NCBI GenBank assembly: GCA_038320275.1
Contig: JBBQEB010000035.1
Coordinates: 1 to 26,988 of the forward strand
Length of the DNA: 26,988 nt
From: Myxococcales bacterium
Lineage (GTDB): Bacteria; Myxococcota; Myxococcia; Myxococcales; Anaeromyxobacteraceae
Direction of reading: 5' to 3'
Both the position numbers and the translations under genes were made by a program. Numbering within the stretch: position 1 is the stretch's first letter; every line of letters begins with the position of its first letter. Below, one piece after another: positions 1 through 9,215 of this stretch. The notes beneath the pieces are model-generated. The model saw only the letters and a list, made by a program, of their open reading frames with translations. It did not search any database and was not told the DNA's origin.

Positions 1-1
1 G

Positions 2-1066
2 GACGGCACCGAGGCGTTTCGCCGGGCGCGGGACGCCTGGGCCAAGGGCGCGCAGCGCGACGGGGCGCGGCGCCTGCTGGCGCTGGCGGCGAAAGCAGGG
101 TGGCGCGCCGAGGAGCTGGCCGGAGACCGCCCGCCCACCCCGGCCGCCTGGAAGCGCGAGCTCTCGGTGGAGGCCCGCGCCGAGGATCTGGCCTTCGTGG
201 CGGCGGCGGCGCGCTATGCGGTCGAGCGCGAGCTGCGAGTGGCGCGCGACGACGCCTCTGCCCTGGAGGCGGCGCTGGAGCGCGGCTTTCCTCGGGGACA
301 CGTCCTCGTGATCGCGGCCGGTAAGGTGGACTCGAACCTGCCCCTCGCGAAGAGACTCCTCGCGGCCGGGCGGCGGATGACCTTCGCCATCCAGCGCGGG
401 GGAAAGTGGGGGGACGGCCCGGTGGTGCTCGGGCCCGTGCTGGAGGCGCTCCTCGCCGGAACGGGCAAGAGCTGCGACGGGGGCGCGGAGGCCAAGCTGG
501 GGGAGCTCGTGGGCGACGACGCGCGCACGCTCGCGAGCGAGCTGGGAAAGCTGGTGGCTTACCTGGGCGAGCGCGCCTGCATCTCCGCCGCGGACGTGGA
601 GGCGGTGGTGACGCGAGCCGCCGCCGACCCCTTCTTCGCGCTGGGGAACGCGGTGGAGGCGCGCGACCTGGCGGGCGCCATGGCGGTGCTGGACCGGAGC
701 CTGGAGGACGGCGTGAGCCCGTTCCTCGTCCTCGCCACGCTTGCCTCCACGGTTCGGCGGCTGGTGGTGGAGCGGGAACGGGCGAGGAAGCTGGTCGGCG
801 AGCGCCGCCTGGGGAGCGCGCGCGAGTACGAGGCGCTCGTCTTCCCGCACATCCCGGAGGCGGAGGTGGGGAAGCGCCAGCCCTACGGATTCTGGATGAA
901 GTACCAGGCGGCGCAGCGCTACCGCCGCGACGAGCTGCTGCGCGGCCTGCGCGACCTCGCCGACGCCGATCTGGGGATGAAGACCGGCGCGCTGGAGCGG
1001 CCGCTCCTGGAGCGCGCGCTATGGAGGCTCCTCGGCACCGCCGGAGAGCGAGAGGAGCAAAGTTGA
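2..1066 (+). CDS. holA: DNA polymerase III subunit delta, 5'-partial (runs off the window start)
   Basis: Frame is open from position 2 (DGTEAFRRARDAW...) into ORF 167..1066. Delta-subunit motifs LASELGKLVAY, ISAADVEAVV, FFALGNAV and C-terminal LADADLGMKTG...LERAL. Stop overlaps the metG start (TTGA, 1063-1066). Confidence 0.8.
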   Translation, partial: DGTEAFRRARDAWAKGAQRDGARRLLALAAKAGWRAEELAGDRPPTPAAWKRELSVEARAEDLAFVAAAARYAVERELRVARDDASALEAALERGFPRGHVLVIAAGKVDSNLPLAKRLLAAGRRMTFAIQRGGKWGDGPVVLGPVLEALLAGTGKSCDGGAEAKLGELVGDDARTLASELGKLVAYLGERACISAADVEAVVTRAAADPFFALGNAVEARDLAGAMAVLDRSLEDGVSPFLVLATLASTVRRLVVERERARKLVGERRLGSAREYEALVFPHIPEAEVGKRQPYGFWMKYQAAQRYRRDELLRGLRDLADADLGMKTGALERPLLERALWRLLGTAGEREEQS

Positions 1067-3210
1067 GCGAACGCATCCTGGTGACGAGCGCGCTGCCCTA
1101 TGCGAACGGCGCCATCCACCTCGGCCATCTCGTCGAGTACGTCCAGACCGACATCTACGTGCGCTTCCGGCGCGCCTGCGGCGACGACGTGGTGTACGTC
1201 TGCGCCGCGGACTCGCACGGCACGCCCATCGAGGTGAACGCCGCCAAGGCGGGGGTGGCGCCCAAGGCCTTCGTGGAGCGCTACCGCCGGGAGCAGCACG
1301 AGGACTTTCGCCGCTTCCTGGTGGAGTTCTCCACCTACTACACGACCGACTCCCCCGAGAACGAGCGCTGGGCGCACCGCGTGTACGCGGCGCTGAAGGC
1401 GAAGGGGCTCATCTACAAGCGCTCGGTGGAGCAGCTCTTCTGCGAGAAGGACGGGCGCTTCCTGCCCGACCGGTTCGTGAAGGGCACCTGCCCCCGCTGC
1501 GCGACGCCGGAGCAGTACGGTGACGTGTGCGAGAAGTGCGGCACGACGTACGATCCGCGCGAGCTCGTCGACCCGCGCTGCGTGCTCTGCGGCACGCTTC
1601 CGGTGGTGCGCGCCTCCGACCACGCGTACGTGAACCTGCGCAAGGTGGAGCCTGAGATCCGGCGCTGGGTGGAGGGGCAGGGACACCTCGAGCCCGCGGT
1701 GCGGGAACAGGTGAAGGGCTGGCTCGACGACTTGCAAGACTGGGGCATCACCCGCGACGCGCCCTACTTCGGCTTCCCGGTGGACGACCCCGACTTCCCG
1801 GGAAAGTTCCTCTACGTCTGGGTGGACGCGCCCATCGGCTACCTCTCCTCCGGCGAGCACTACTTCTCCGAGGAGGCGCCGCCCGGCGAGCGGCTCGCGC
1901 CGGCGGAGTTCGAGGCGCGCTACCTCGCGGAAGGGGCGCCCTCGCGGATGGAGCACTTCATCGGCAAGGACATCCTGCGCTTCCACGCGGTGTTCTGGCC
2001 CGCCATGCTGCAGGCCACCGGCCTCAAGACGCCCGATCGGATGGCGGTGCACGGCCACCTGACGGTGAATGGCGAGAAGATGTCGAAGTCGCGCGGGACG
2101 TTCATCAACGCCCGCACCTACCTCGAGGCCGGCCTCGATCCCCAGCTCCTCCGCTACTACTACGCGGCGAACCTGGGGCCGGGCGTCGGAGACCTCGACC
2201 TCTCGCTCGACGAGTTCCGCAACCGCATCAACGCCGACCTCTCGAACAACGTGGCGAACCTCGCCTCGCGAGCCTTCGCGCTCCTGGGGCGCGCGGGCGG
2301 CGCGCTCGTTGGGCCGGGCGAGCCCGCGCTGGCCGAGGCGGCGCGGGCTGCGCTGCGCGGCGCGCGCGTGGCGTACGGACGGCTGGAGTACCGCGAGGCG
2401 GTGCGGCTCGCGAACGAGCTGGCGGGGCTCTGCAACCGTCGCATGCAGGAGGGGAAGCCCTGGGAGGCGCCCGGGGCGGAAGCCTCCCGGTCGCTGCTCT
2501 TCTCGGTGGGCAAGGCGCTGCGCGCGCTGTCGGTGATGCTGGCGCCCGTGCTGCCGCTCTTCTGCGCGGCGCTGGCGGAGGCGTTCGGGCAGCCCGATCC
2601 CCGGAGCTGGCCGGAGGACCTGGACCCGTTCGACGGGCCGCCGGTGGAGCCGAAGGGGAAGCCGCCCCAGATCGCGAGGCTCGACGCCGCGGCGGTCGCG
2701 AAGCTGATCCAGCCGGCGGGGGAGACTCCGGCCGCCGTTGCGGAGGGCGCGGGGAAGCCGGTGCGGGTCGAGCGCAAGCTCCCGCAGGCGGCCCAGGTCG
2801 AAGCACGGCCGGGCGGGGCGGCGACGGGCCCTCGTCCGGCTGGGGCCGAAGCACGGCCGGGCGCCACGGCGCCCGCCTTCGGCGTGATCAGCTACGAGGA
2901 CTTCGCCCGGGTGGAGCTTCGGGTGGGCGCGGTGAGGGCCGCCGAGAAGGTGCCCAAGGCGGACAAGCTGCTCCGGCTCACCGTCGACGTGGGCGAGGCC
3001 GAGCCGCGCACCATCGTGGCTGGCATCGCGCAGGCGTATCCGGAGCCGGACATCCTGGTGGGCAAGCACCTCGTCGTGGTCGCGAACCTCGCCCCGCGCC
3101 CGCTGCGCGGCATCACCTCGCAGGGCATGCTCCTCGCCGCCGGTGAGCCGCCCGCGCTGGAGGTGGTCACGGTGGGAGCCTCCATCCCACCGGGCACGCG
3201 GGTGAAGTGA
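1063..3210 (+). CDS. metG: methionine--tRNA ligase with C-terminal tRNA-binding (Trbp111/EMAP-like) domain
   Basis: SALPYANGAIHLGH (HIGH), CxxC zinc knuckles, YVWVDAPIGY, FIGKDILRFH, KMSKS, C-terminal VVANLAPRPLRGITSQGM. TTG start at 1063 follows AGAGGAG. The ORF-track extension from 406 overlaps holA and is not real. Confidence 0.97.
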   Translation: MSERILVTSALPYANGAIHLGHLVEYVQTDIYVRFRRACGDDVVYVCAADSHGTPIEVNAAKAGVAPKAFVERYRREQHEDFRRFLVEFSTYYTTDSPENERWAHRVYAALKAKGLIYKRSVEQLFCEKDGRFLPDRFVKGTCPRCATPEQYGDVCEKCGTTYDPRELVDPRCVLCGTLPVVRASDHAYVNLRKVEPEIRRWVEGQGHLEPAVREQVKGWLDDLQDWGITRDAPYFGFPVDDPDFPGKFLYVWVDAPIGYLSSGEHYFSEEAPPGERLAPAEFEARYLAEGAPSRMEHFIGKDILRFHAVFWPAMLQATGLKTPDRMAVHGHLTVNGEKMSKSRGTFINARTYLEAGLDPQLLRYYYAANLGPGVGDLDLSLDEFRNRINADLSNNVANLASRAFALLGRAGGALVGPGEPALAEAARAALRGARVAYGRLEYREAVRLANELAGLCNRRMQEGKPWEAPGAEASRSLLFSVGKALRALSVMLAPVLPLFCAALAEAFGQPDPRSWPEDLDPFDGPPVEPKGKPPQIARLDAAAVAKLIQPAGETPAAVAEGAGKPVRVERKLPQAAQVEARPGGAATGPRPAGAEARPGATAPAFGVISYEDFARVELRVGAVRAAEKVPKADKLLRLTVDVGEAEPRTIVAGIAQAYPEPDILVGKHLVVVANLAPRPLRGITSQGMLLAAGEPPALEVVTVGASIPPGTRVK

Positions 3211-3211
3211 C

Positions 3212-3994
3212 GTGCCGCGCCTCGTCGACAGCCACGCGCACCTGGATCTGGCGGACTTCGAGGGCGACCTCGAAGGCGTGACCGCGCGGGCGCGCGCGGC
3301 GGGGCTCGAGCGCATCGTGCTCATCGGCCTGTGGCGCGGGCCGGGCAATTTCGGGAACGCGCAGGCGCTCGCCGCCGCCGATCCCGGTCTCTTCGCCGCC
3401 ACCATCGGCATCCACCCTCACGAGAGCGTCGAGGTTCCCGAGGAGGACTGGCTCGCGATGGAGCGGCTCGCGGCCGACCCGGGCGTGGTGGGGGTGGGCG
3501 AGACGGGGCTCGACTTCCACTACGACCACTCGCCGCGCGAGGTGCAGGAGGCGTCCTTCCGCCGCTCGATCCGGGCTGCCCACGCCGTGGGGAAGCCGGT
3601 GGTGGTGCACGTGCGCGAGGCCGACGAGGTCTGCCTCCGGGTGCTGCGGGAGGAAGGGGTCCCGGCCGCGGGCGGGGTGATTCACTGCTTCACCGGCGAC
3701 GCGGCGCGCGCGGAGGCCTACCTCGACCTGGGCCTCCACCTCTCGGTGGCCGGGGTGGTGACCTTCAAGGCCGCGGAGGCCCTGCGCGAGGCGGTGCGCC
3801 GCACGCCCCGCGACCGGCTGATGGTCGAGACCGACTGCCCCTTCCTCGCCCCCGTTCCCCACCGCGGCAGGCGCAACGAGCCGGCGTACGTGGCGCACAC
3901 GGCGGAGAAGGTGGCGGAGCTGTGGGGAGTCGGGGTGGAGGAGGCCGCGGAGCTCACGGCCGACAACGCGCGGCGCTTCTTCCGGCTGGGGTGA
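3212..3994 (+). CDS. tatD: TatD family metal-dependent hydrolase/DNase
   Basis: DSHAHL, GIHPH, GETGLDF, VVHVRE, IHCFTG, ETDCPFLAP, NEP motifs; starts 1 nt after the metG stop. Confidence 0.95.
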   Translation: MPRLVDSHAHLDLADFEGDLEGVTARARAAGLERIVLIGLWRGPGNFGNAQALAAADPGLFAATIGIHPHESVEVPEEDWLAMERLAADPGVVGVGETGLDFHYDHSPREVQEASFRRSIRAAHAVGKPVVVHVREADEVCLRVLREEGVPAAGGVIHCFTGDAARAEAYLDLGLHLSVAGVVTFKAAEALREAVRRTPRDRLMVETDCPFLAPVPHRGRRNEPAYVAHTAEKVAELWGVGVEEAAELTADNARRFFRLG

Positions 3995-4017
3995 AACGGG
4001 AGCTCGGGGACGAGCCC

Positions 4018-4743
4018 TCAACCATCCCAGCTCCCCCATTCGTCGGCGGTGTCGGGCGGGAGCGCGCCCTTGGTGCGCTCGTGCCACTCCACCACGTCCC
4101 AGCCGCGACGCTCGGCGACGGCGCGGAAGGGCGGCTTGGGATTCACCACCACCGGGTTGCCGATGGCCTCGAAGAGCGGCGTGTCGGCGACAGAGTCGGA
4201 GTAGAGGTAGCTGCGGCCGAGGTCGAGGTCGTACGCCCCGGCGACCCGCTCGACGACCGCGCGCTTGCCCTCGCGAAACACCACCGGCGGGACGATCTGG
4301 TCGGTGGCGCGGCCGTCCACGACGCGCGTGCGGGTACCCACCGCGACGTGCGCCCGGAGGTGGCGCCCCACCTCGTCGATGATGTACTGCGGCGAGCCGG
4401 AGGCGAGGACGACCAGGTGCCCCGACAGCAGGTGCTTGCGCACCTGGCGCACCGCGCCGGCGGTGATGCGCTTGCGCAGGTGCTTCTCGAAGCAGGCGTG
4501 GGCGTGCGCGCGCAGCTCGTCGGCGCGGAGCCCCTGCTGGCACTTCGAGCCCACCTCCACCATGTCGAGCTCGGTGAGCCGGCGGCGGGCGTACTCGTAG
4601 ATGATGCGCGGGATCCGCGTGCGCATGTCCGGCCGCATGATCTTCTCGCTGTAGAGATACCAGGTGAAGATCGTGCCGGCGTTGCCGTCGAGCAGCGAGT
4701 CGTCGACGTCGAAGATGGCGGCGGTGCGCGCGAAGGGGACCAC
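4018..4743 (-). CDS. HAD-IB family hydrolase (SerB-like phosphatase)
   Basis: Motif I FDVDDSL, motif II ASGS, conserved Lys (EGK), motif IV YSDSVAD, GNPVVVNP. Confidence 0.88.
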   Translation of the reverse strand: MVPFARTAAIFDVDDSLLDGNAGTIFTWYLYSEKIMRPDMRTRIPRIIYEYARRRLTELDMVEVGSKCQQGLRADELRAHAHACFEKHLRKRITAGAVRQVRKHLLSGHLVVLASGSPQYIIDEVGRHLRAHVAVGTRTRVVDGRATDQIVPPVVFREGKRAVVERVAGAYDLDLGRSYLYSDSVADTPLFEAIGNPVVVNPKPPFRAVAERRGWDVVEWHERTKGALPPDTADEWGSWDG

Positions 4744-4752
4744 GGCCGCAGT

Positions 4753-6495
4753 CTACGACGTTCCCGGCGCGGGCTCCTCGGGCGGCTCGCCGGAGGCGGG
4801 CTTCTCGGGCGGGTGGTCGAGGCGAGGGACCTCGTCCGGTGGGCGCTCCTGGGCCGGGCGCGGGGAGAAGGCGCCGCCCTGGCTGTGGTCCTCGCCGGTG
4901 CTGGGAGATGCCGGGCCCGGCTCGGGCTGGGACGGGACCTCGGGCGGCGCCTCGCGCGGGGTTTCGTCGACCGCAGCCTCGGCCGGGGGCGGGGCGGCCT
5001 CGTCCTGTCCGGCCGCGGCACCTCCCTCGATCTTCTGCGCCAGCGCGGCGAATGGATTGTGCGTGAGCGCGCCGGGCGTCTTGGGGCGGGGCTGCGGACC
5101 GCGGTCTCCCGGGAGCCGCGGTCCCATGTAGGCGCGCTTGCGGTCGCCACCGGGCCCACCCGGACCACCGGAGCCGCCACCCCGGAAGCCGCCCCGGTCC
5201 GGGCGGTCGGGCGGGCGGTCGGGGCGAGGAGCGCGTTCCGGACGCGGAGGGCGCTCCGCGGGAGAGCCTTCTGAACGGGACGGCCCGGCCGCCGGTGCGG
5301 GCGGGGGTGGGGCGCTGGCGTCCGCGGCAGCGGAGGCGCTCTCGGGGCGCGGCTCGGGCCGGCGCTCCGGGCGATCCGGCCTGCGCTTCTTCCCGCCCGG
5401 CCCCTGGGGCGGGCGCTCGCCGGCGTGCGGCTGCGGGCTGGCGGCGCCGTGGGGCACGTAGATGACCGGCGTCATGAGCTCCGGCCCGGGGCCCCGCTTT
5501 TCGGCCTGTACGGTGGGCAGGGTGCCGCGCCAGATGTGCTGCTCGTAGACGTTCTTGGAGTCGGTCCAGCGCCGGGAGCCTCCCTCGCGGCCCATGAGGT
5601 TGAGCCAGGAGCTCACGCGGCTGTCGAGCTCGTCGATGGCGTGCGTGAGGAGCGCCTCCAGCGTCATGGGGAGCTTGGGCGACCCGTACTCGAGCCTGCC
5701 GTGATGGGCGAGGACGAGGTGCACGATGTGGTGCTCGAGCTCGCGGGGGACGCCGACGCGGCGCGCCTTGTCGTGGATCCACTGCGCGGTCATCACGAGG
5801 TGGCCGATGAGCCGGCCCTCGTCGCTGTACTCCACCTGGCGGTCGTAGGAGAGCTCGCGCACCTTCCCCAGGTCGTGGAAGAAGGCGCCCGCGACGAGCA
5901 GGTCGCGGTCGATCTGTGGGTAGTGGTCCGCCAGCCTGTGGGCGAGCTTGAGGCACGAGACGGTGTGCTCCAGGAGGCCACCCGGGTAGGCGTGGTGGAC
6001 GCTCTTGGCCGCTGGCGCCCTGCGCAGCCGCGACATGAGGTCGTCGTCCTGGAGAAAGGCCTGCAGCAGCGCCTTGACGTGCGGGTCGGCGACCACCTCC
6101 ACCAGCCCGAGCAGCTCCTTCCAGCTTGCCTCCTCCGCCTCGCTCGGCCCCGTGCGCTCCGGCTTCTTGGGCTCGGGGGGCGGCGACCAGACCAGCTCGG
6201 AGGCCTCCACCGCGGCCGGATCGAGCTTCAGGAGCGTTTCCACCCGGAGCTGGGCCTTGCCCTGGAACGAGCCGACCTGGCCCTCCACCTCGAGGATGTC
6301 GCGCTCCTCGTATCCCTGCGACAGCTCCTCGACCCGCTCGAACGCCCGGGCTTCCAGCTCGCCGGTCTTGTCCTGCAGCGTGAGCGCCAGGTACGTCTTG
6401 CCGTTCTTGGCCGTCGGCAGCGCCTTGCGGCCCACCAGGAAGACGCTCTTCAGCCGGTCGCCTTCCTTGGCGTCCTTCACCCAAATCTTGTCCAT
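4753..6495 (-). CDS. yhaM: YhaM-family 3'-5' exoribonuclease (OB-fold + HD domain) with long Pro/Gly/Arg-rich C-terminal tail
   Basis: N-terminal OB fold (KNGKTYLALTLQDKTG), APAAKSVHHAYPGGLLEH, HDLGK, LIGH, AHHGRLEYGSP; roughly 250 aa low-complexity tail. Confidence 0.85.
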   Translation of the reverse strand: MDKIWVKDAKEGDRLKSVFLVGRKALPTAKNGKTYLALTLQDKTGELEARAFERVEELSQGYEERDILEVEGQVGSFQGKAQLRVETLLKLDPAAVEASELVWSPPPEPKKPERTGPSEAEEASWKELLGLVEVVADPHVKALLQAFLQDDDLMSRLRRAPAAKSVHHAYPGGLLEHTVSCLKLAHRLADHYPQIDRDLLVAGAFFHDLGKVRELSYDRQVEYSDEGRLIGHLVMTAQWIHDKARRVGVPRELEHHIVHLVLAHHGRLEYGSPKLPMTLEALLTHAIDELDSRVSSWLNLMGREGGSRRWTDSKNVYEQHIWRGTLPTVQAEKRGPGPELMTPVIYVPHGAASPQPHAGERPPQGPGGKKRRPDRPERRPEPRPESASAAADASAPPPPAPAAGPSRSEGSPAERPPRPERAPRPDRPPDRPDRGGFRGGGSGGPGGPGGDRKRAYMGPRLPGDRGPQPRPKTPGALTHNPFAALAQKIEGGAAAGQDEAAPPPAEAAVDETPREAPPEVPSQPEPGPASPSTGEDHSQGGAFSPRPAQERPPDEVPRLDHPPEKPASGEPPEEPAPGTS

Positions 6496-6642
6496 GGTCG
6501 GCGGAAGCTAGCGTAGGAAGCGCACCGAGACAACCCACACGGCCCTCCCATGCCGCAAGCCCTGCGTGCGGGAATCCGCACGGCGCAACCTTGGCGCGGA
6601 AAAATGCCTTTTGACGCCGCGTGCGCGCGGCACGCGCCGTGT

Positions 6643-7002
6643 ATGAGGTCTCTTCTGGAAAGGCTGCGCGCCCCGCGCTTCACGGCACCCGCGATGAGCA
6701 GGATCGAATCCGACGCGCTCAACCTCCTGCTCAGCCGGCGGGATTCGCTTCGCCGCGCTCCCGAGCCGCCGCCGCCGGATCCGGCGGCCAGCTGGCGCGA
6801 CTGGGAGAGCATTCCGAGCCCAGCTGCCGAAAGCCTGCGCACGGAGCTGGAGGAGATCGAGGCTGCTCTCCGGCGCATCGAGCAGGGCAGCTACGGAACC
6901 TGCGCCGCCTGCGGCGGTCCTCTCGGCCTGCAACGCCTGCGCGCCATCCCCGAGGCGCGCTACTGCCTCGGGTGCAGCGGGCACCGTGACGCGATGGGCT
7001 AG
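6643..7002 (+). CDS. TraR/DksA-family C4 zinc-finger protein (start uncertain: 6643 or 6694)
   Basis: LEEIEAALRRIEQGSYGTCAACG...RLRAIPEARYCLGC matches the DksA/TraR C-terminal signature. Confidence 0.8.
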   Translation: MRSLLERLRAPRFTAPAMSRIESDALNLLLSRRDSLRRAPEPPPPDPAASWRDWESIPSPAAESLRTELEEIEAALRRIEQGSYGTCAACGGPLGLQRLRAIPEARYCLGCSGHRDAMG

Positions 7003-7066
7003 CGGGGCCCGGACGCGGTCGTGAGGCGCCCGTGTGAGGCGCTTTGGCGCGCGTTAGAAGGAGAGG

Positions 7067-7735
7067 GTGGCGGAGCATCCCGAGCGCGCGCCCGTCCTGG
7101 CCTATCCCCTCGGCGATGCGCTGTACCTCAACCTGACGAGCGCATGCACCCTCGCGTGCTCCTTCTGCCCCAAGATCCGCGATGACGACTGGGTGGTCGG
7201 CGGCTTCGACCTGAAGCTCGACCGCTCGCCGGGCGCCGACGAGGTCTGGGCCGCCGCGGAGCGGCAGGGGTGGGCGGGCCGGTCGGAGGTGGTCTTCACG
7301 GGGCTCGGGGAACCGACCCGGCGCCTGCCGGAGCTCCTCGAGCTGGTGAAGCGCCTCCGCGCCGCCGGCCCCACGCGGATCCGGCTCGACACGGATGGCC
7401 TCGCCAGCCTGCGCGAGGGACGCGACGTCGTGCCGGAGCTCGTGGGGGCGGGGCTCCATGCGGTGAGCGTGTCGCTGAATGCCGCCGATGCCTCGACCTA
7501 CGCGCGGATCTGCCCCAATCGATTCGGCGAGGCGGCTTACGAAGCCTGCAAAGGGTTCATTCGCGCGGCCGTCGGGGCGGGGCTGGAGGTCGCGGCGAGC
7601 TGCGTTGCTCTACCCGGTCTCTCCGAAGAAGCCTGCCGGCGGGCCGCGGAGTCGCTCGGCGCCCGCTTCCGCTGGCGGCCGTACGATCGGTTGGGACGGC
7701 TGAGCGAGGCGCCGTTAGACACTCCGGTCTCCTGA
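7067..7735 (+). CDS. TatD-associated radical SAM protein
   Basis: LYLNLTSACTLACSFCPK (CxxxCxxC), EVVFTGLGEPT, IRLDTDG, VSVSLNA; AAGGAG before the GTG start. Confidence 0.85.
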   Translation: MAEHPERAPVLAYPLGDALYLNLTSACTLACSFCPKIRDDDWVVGGFDLKLDRSPGADEVWAAAERQGWAGRSEVVFTGLGEPTRRLPELLELVKRLRAAGPTRIRLDTDGLASLREGRDVVPELVGAGLHAVSVSLNAADASTYARICPNRFGEAAYEACKGFIRAAVGAGLEVAASCVALPGLSEEACRRAAESLGARFRWRPYDRLGRLSEAPLDTPVS

Positions 7736-7764
7736 CGGCCTTTCCACCGTCAGGCGGGAAGGGC

Positions 7765-9213
7765 ATGGCCACGGCACGACCGGCTTACCGGATGGGCAGG
7801 GAGCGCGTCCTCGTCGTCGATGACGAGGCGAACGCGCGGGAGGCGCTCCGGACGATCCTGACCGAGGAGGGGTACGAGGTCGCCGAGGCGCCCGACGGCG
7901 AGGAGGCGCTCGCGCTCCTGTCGGGCTTCGCCCCGGCGGCCGTTCTCGCCGACGTCCGCATGCCGCGCATGGACGGCCTCACGCTGCTCACGAAGGCGCG
8001 CGAGGCGGGCTCGGACGCGGTGTTCGTCATGATGACCGCCTTCGCCAGCGTCGAGGCGGCGGTGGCGGCGATGCGCGCCGGCGCCGAGAGCTATCTCGTG
8101 AAGCCGCTCGACGTCGACTCCGTCCTGGTGGTGCTGGAGAAGGCGCTCGAGAAGGTGCGGCTGCAGCGCGACGCGGCCAACCTGCGCGAACGCGTACGGG
8201 AGCGGTACCGCTTCCACAACATCGTCGGCGACGCGCCGGAGCTGCAGGCCGTGTACGAGGTGGTGAAGCGCGCCGCGCCCACCAAGGCGACGGTGCTCAT
8301 CCTGGGCGAGTCGGGCACCGGCAAGGAGCTGATCGCGCAGGCGCTGCACGAGGAGTCGCCGCGCCGGGACAAGCCCTTCATCAAGGTGAACTGCGCCGCG
8401 CTGTCCGAGACGCTGCTGGAGTCGGAGCTCTTCGGGCACGAGAAGGGCTCCTTCACCGGCGCCATCGGGCGCAAGGAGGGGCGCTTCGAGCTCGCCGATG
8501 GGGGCACCCTCTTCCTCGACGAGATCGGCGACATCTCGCCCGCCATCCAGATCAAGCTGCTGCGCGTGCTCCAGGAGAAGGAATTCGAGCGCGTCGGGGG
8601 CACCCAGACGCTCAAGGTGGACGTGCGCATGGTGGCCGCCACCAACCGCGACCTCACGGCAGAGGTGAAGGGCGGCAAGTTCCGGGAGGACCTGTTCTAT
8701 CGCCTCAACGTGGTGGCGGTGACCTTGCCGCCGCTGCGGCAGCGCAAGGGCGACATCCCGGCACTGGTGGCCCACTTCATCGAGCGGTACGCGACGGCGT
8801 ACGCGAAGGACGTGCGCGGCCTCGCGCCCGGGACGCTCAACGCGCTCCTGAGCCACGACTGGCCCGGCAACGTCCGCGAGCTCGAGAACGTCATGGAGCG
8901 CGCGGTGGTGCTCGCCAAGGTGACCGAGCTCACCTCGGACGATCTGCCGCCCACCCTCCGCGGTCCGCGGCCGAGGGAGCGCTCGGCGGGTGGGCTCATC
9001 CCGGGGGCGACGCTCCACGAGATCGAGCGGGAGGCGATCCTGCGCACGCTGGAGATGGTGAATGGGTCCACCTCCCGGGCCGCCGACATCCTCGGGATCA
9101 GCGTGCGCAAGATCCAGTACCGGCTGAAGGAGTACGCCGCTGGCGAGGGTGGCGGGTCGCGCGGGTCGGAGCCGGAGGCGCGGCTGCCCGCGCCCGTGCG
9201 CATCGGAGATTGA
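7765..9213 (+). CDS. sigma-54-dependent response regulator (NtrC/AtoC family: receiver, AAA+, HTH); alternative start 7792
   Basis: VLVVDDE...ADVRMP receiver, [48 protein letters not shown]-terminal HTH. Confidence 0.95.
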   Translation: MATARPAYRMGRERVLVVDDEANAREALRTILTEEGYEVAEAPDGEEALALLSGFAPAAVLADVRMPRMDGLTLLTKAREAGSDAVFVMMTAFASVEAAVAAMRAGAESYLVKPLDVDSVLVVLEKALEKVRLQRDAANLRERVRERYRFHNIVGDAPELQAVYEVVKRAAPTKATVLILGESGTGKELIAQALHEESPRRDKPFIKVNCAALSETLLESELFGHEKGSFTGAIGRKEGRFELADGGTLFLDEIGDISPAIQIKLLRVLQEKEFERVGGTQTLKVDVRMVAATNRDLTAEVKGGKFREDLFYRLNVVAVTLPPLRQRKGDIPALVAHFIERYATAYAKDVRGLAPGTLNALLSHDWPGNVRELENVMERAVVLAKVTELTSDDLPPTLRGPRPRERSAGGLIPGATLHEIEREAILRTLEMVNGSTSRAADILGISVRKIQYRLKEYAAGEGGGSRGSEPEARLPAPVRIGD

Positions 9214-9215
9214 TC

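Noticed and set aside
6591..6643. Sigma-54 promoter candidates upstream of the dksA-like gene (TGGCGCGGAAAAATGC; CGGCACGCGCCGTGTA)
   Set aside because: The first has GG-N11-GC instead of N10. The second has the right spacing but GT instead of GC at -12. Too weak to call.
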